IMG/VR virus record: IMGVR_UViG_2778261227_000014
From: a virus
Lineage: Duplodnaviria; Heunggongvirae; Uroviricota; Caudoviricetes
Strand: one strand, 5' to 3'
Length of the DNA: 35,370 bases
Of this stretch, positions 34,779 through 35,370 are shown in pieces. A program made the translations under genes and the position numbers. The first letter of the stretch is position 1. Every line of letters begins with the position of its first letter. A model generated the notes under the pieces. The model saw only the letters and a program-made list of their open reading frames with translations. It was not told where the DNA came from and did not search any database.

Positions 34779-35039
34779 ATGTTCCGTTGTCCGCTTTGTG
34801 GCGCATCTGCCCGTATCCGCACCAGTCGTCCGGAAAATGATTCAAACACCGTGCGGCAAAAGTATTACCAGTGTAACAACCTGGAATGCGGCGTATGCTT
34901 CTCAACACTGGAAGCTTTCCATAAATTCACATCGAAACACGCCTCCGGCATCCACTCTTCAGAAGATATCCCGTGGCATGAGCTGCCAGCTTCACACAGG
35001 GGAAACAATCAGATGAGCTTGCCTTTACCTCAGAATTAA
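34779..35039 (+). CDS. ogr: Late gene transcriptional activator, Ogr/Delta-type zinc-finger protein
   Basis: MFRCPLCGASARIRTSR...YYQCNNLECGVCF matches the Ogr C2C2 zinc-finger pattern (P2 Ogr MFHCPLC...RTSR...YHQC.N..C, from memory); GGGAGG RBS. Confidence 0.8.
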   Translation: MFRCPLCGASARIRTSRPENDSNTVRQKYYQCNNLECGVCFSTLEAFHKFTSKHASGIHSSEDIPWHELPASHRGNNQMSLPLPQN

Positions 35040-35099
35040 CAGGCAGAATTGCCGGAGTAACAAAAACGCGATAGATTACGCGCGGGTGCCTTTCGGCTG

Positions 35100-35312
35100 A
35101 TGGTCGGAGGGAATACCCGAAGGCCAGATGTGGAAAGGCCCCGGAAAACATCTCTGTTTAACCGAGGCCCTAACCGCATTACCTTGACAAGTGAAAGGTT
35201 AGCGCCTCTCCGGAAAAGGAGCAAGTGCTATGTCGCAAAAATCGCTTACGGCCATCACGTTCTGCGTGACGGCAATCCTCATCATCTGGATGTTGCACGG
35301 TTCGCTGTGTGA
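35100..35312 (+). CDS. Possible mok-like reading frame overlapping the hok-like gene
   Basis: 70-aa ORF overlapping the hok-like start in another frame, as in hok/mok loci; weak evidence. Confidence 0.3.
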   Translation: MVGGNTRRPDVERPRKTSLFNRGPNRITLTSERLAPLRKRSKCYVAKIAYGHHVLRDGNPHHLDVARFAV

Positions 35313-35370
35313 AATACGGATGAGCTTCTGGGGAGCGGAGTTTGCGGCGTTCTTACAGTGTAAGCAGTAA
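35230..35370 (+). CDS. hok: Hok/Gef-family type I toxin (small membrane peptide)
   Basis: 46 aa MSQKSLTAITFCVTAILIIWMLHGSLCEIRMSFWGAEFAAFLQCKQ: TM helix followed by the SLCEIR signature and AAF motif typical of Hok/Gef; GGAG RBS; the stop codon is the last 3 nt of the window. Confidence 0.7.
   Translation: MSQKSLTAITFCVTAILIIWMLHGSLCEIRMSFWGAEFAAFLQCKQ

Overview
The window is almost entirely one P2-like (Peduovirus-type) temperate phage genome in prophage orientation, from an enterobacterial host by GC content and protein similarity. Order along the + strand: two small cargo genes and a tyrosine integrase (-), C-type repressor (-), a palindromic operator and divergent promoter region, cox-like gene and about ten small early genes (+), the rolling-circle replication initiator A (+), an accessory hotspot carrying a ParM/ParR-like actin-type segregation module and a self-contained small gene, the probable cos region, portal Q and terminase P (-), then capsid genes O-N-M-L-X, a lysis cassette (holin, M15-type endolysin, overlapping spanins), tail completion R-S and baseplate/tail-fibre genes V-W-J-I-H-G (all +). 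A low-GC glycosyltransferase (GT9-like) moron sits at the Z/fun position. The tail sheath/tube/chaperone/tape-measure/U block (FI-FII-E-T-U) is on the - strand, opposite to the canonical P2 arrangement, followed by D (+), an AT-rich membrane-protein moron, ogr (+) and a hok/mok-type toxin locus at the right edge. Most notable are the ParMR-like module in the tin/old-equivalent hotspot, the GT9-like moron, an antisense membrane-protein gene with its own promoter beside a repeat-rich structured region in the early operon, and the apparent in-place inversion of the FI-U block. All calls rest on reading the sequence and on remembered family similarity; no database search was run. The ORF track uses GTG/TTG as M, so several starts were re-placed on ATG/GTG with a visible Shine-Dalgarno. 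No attachment site, tRNA, rRNA or CRISPR array was identified.
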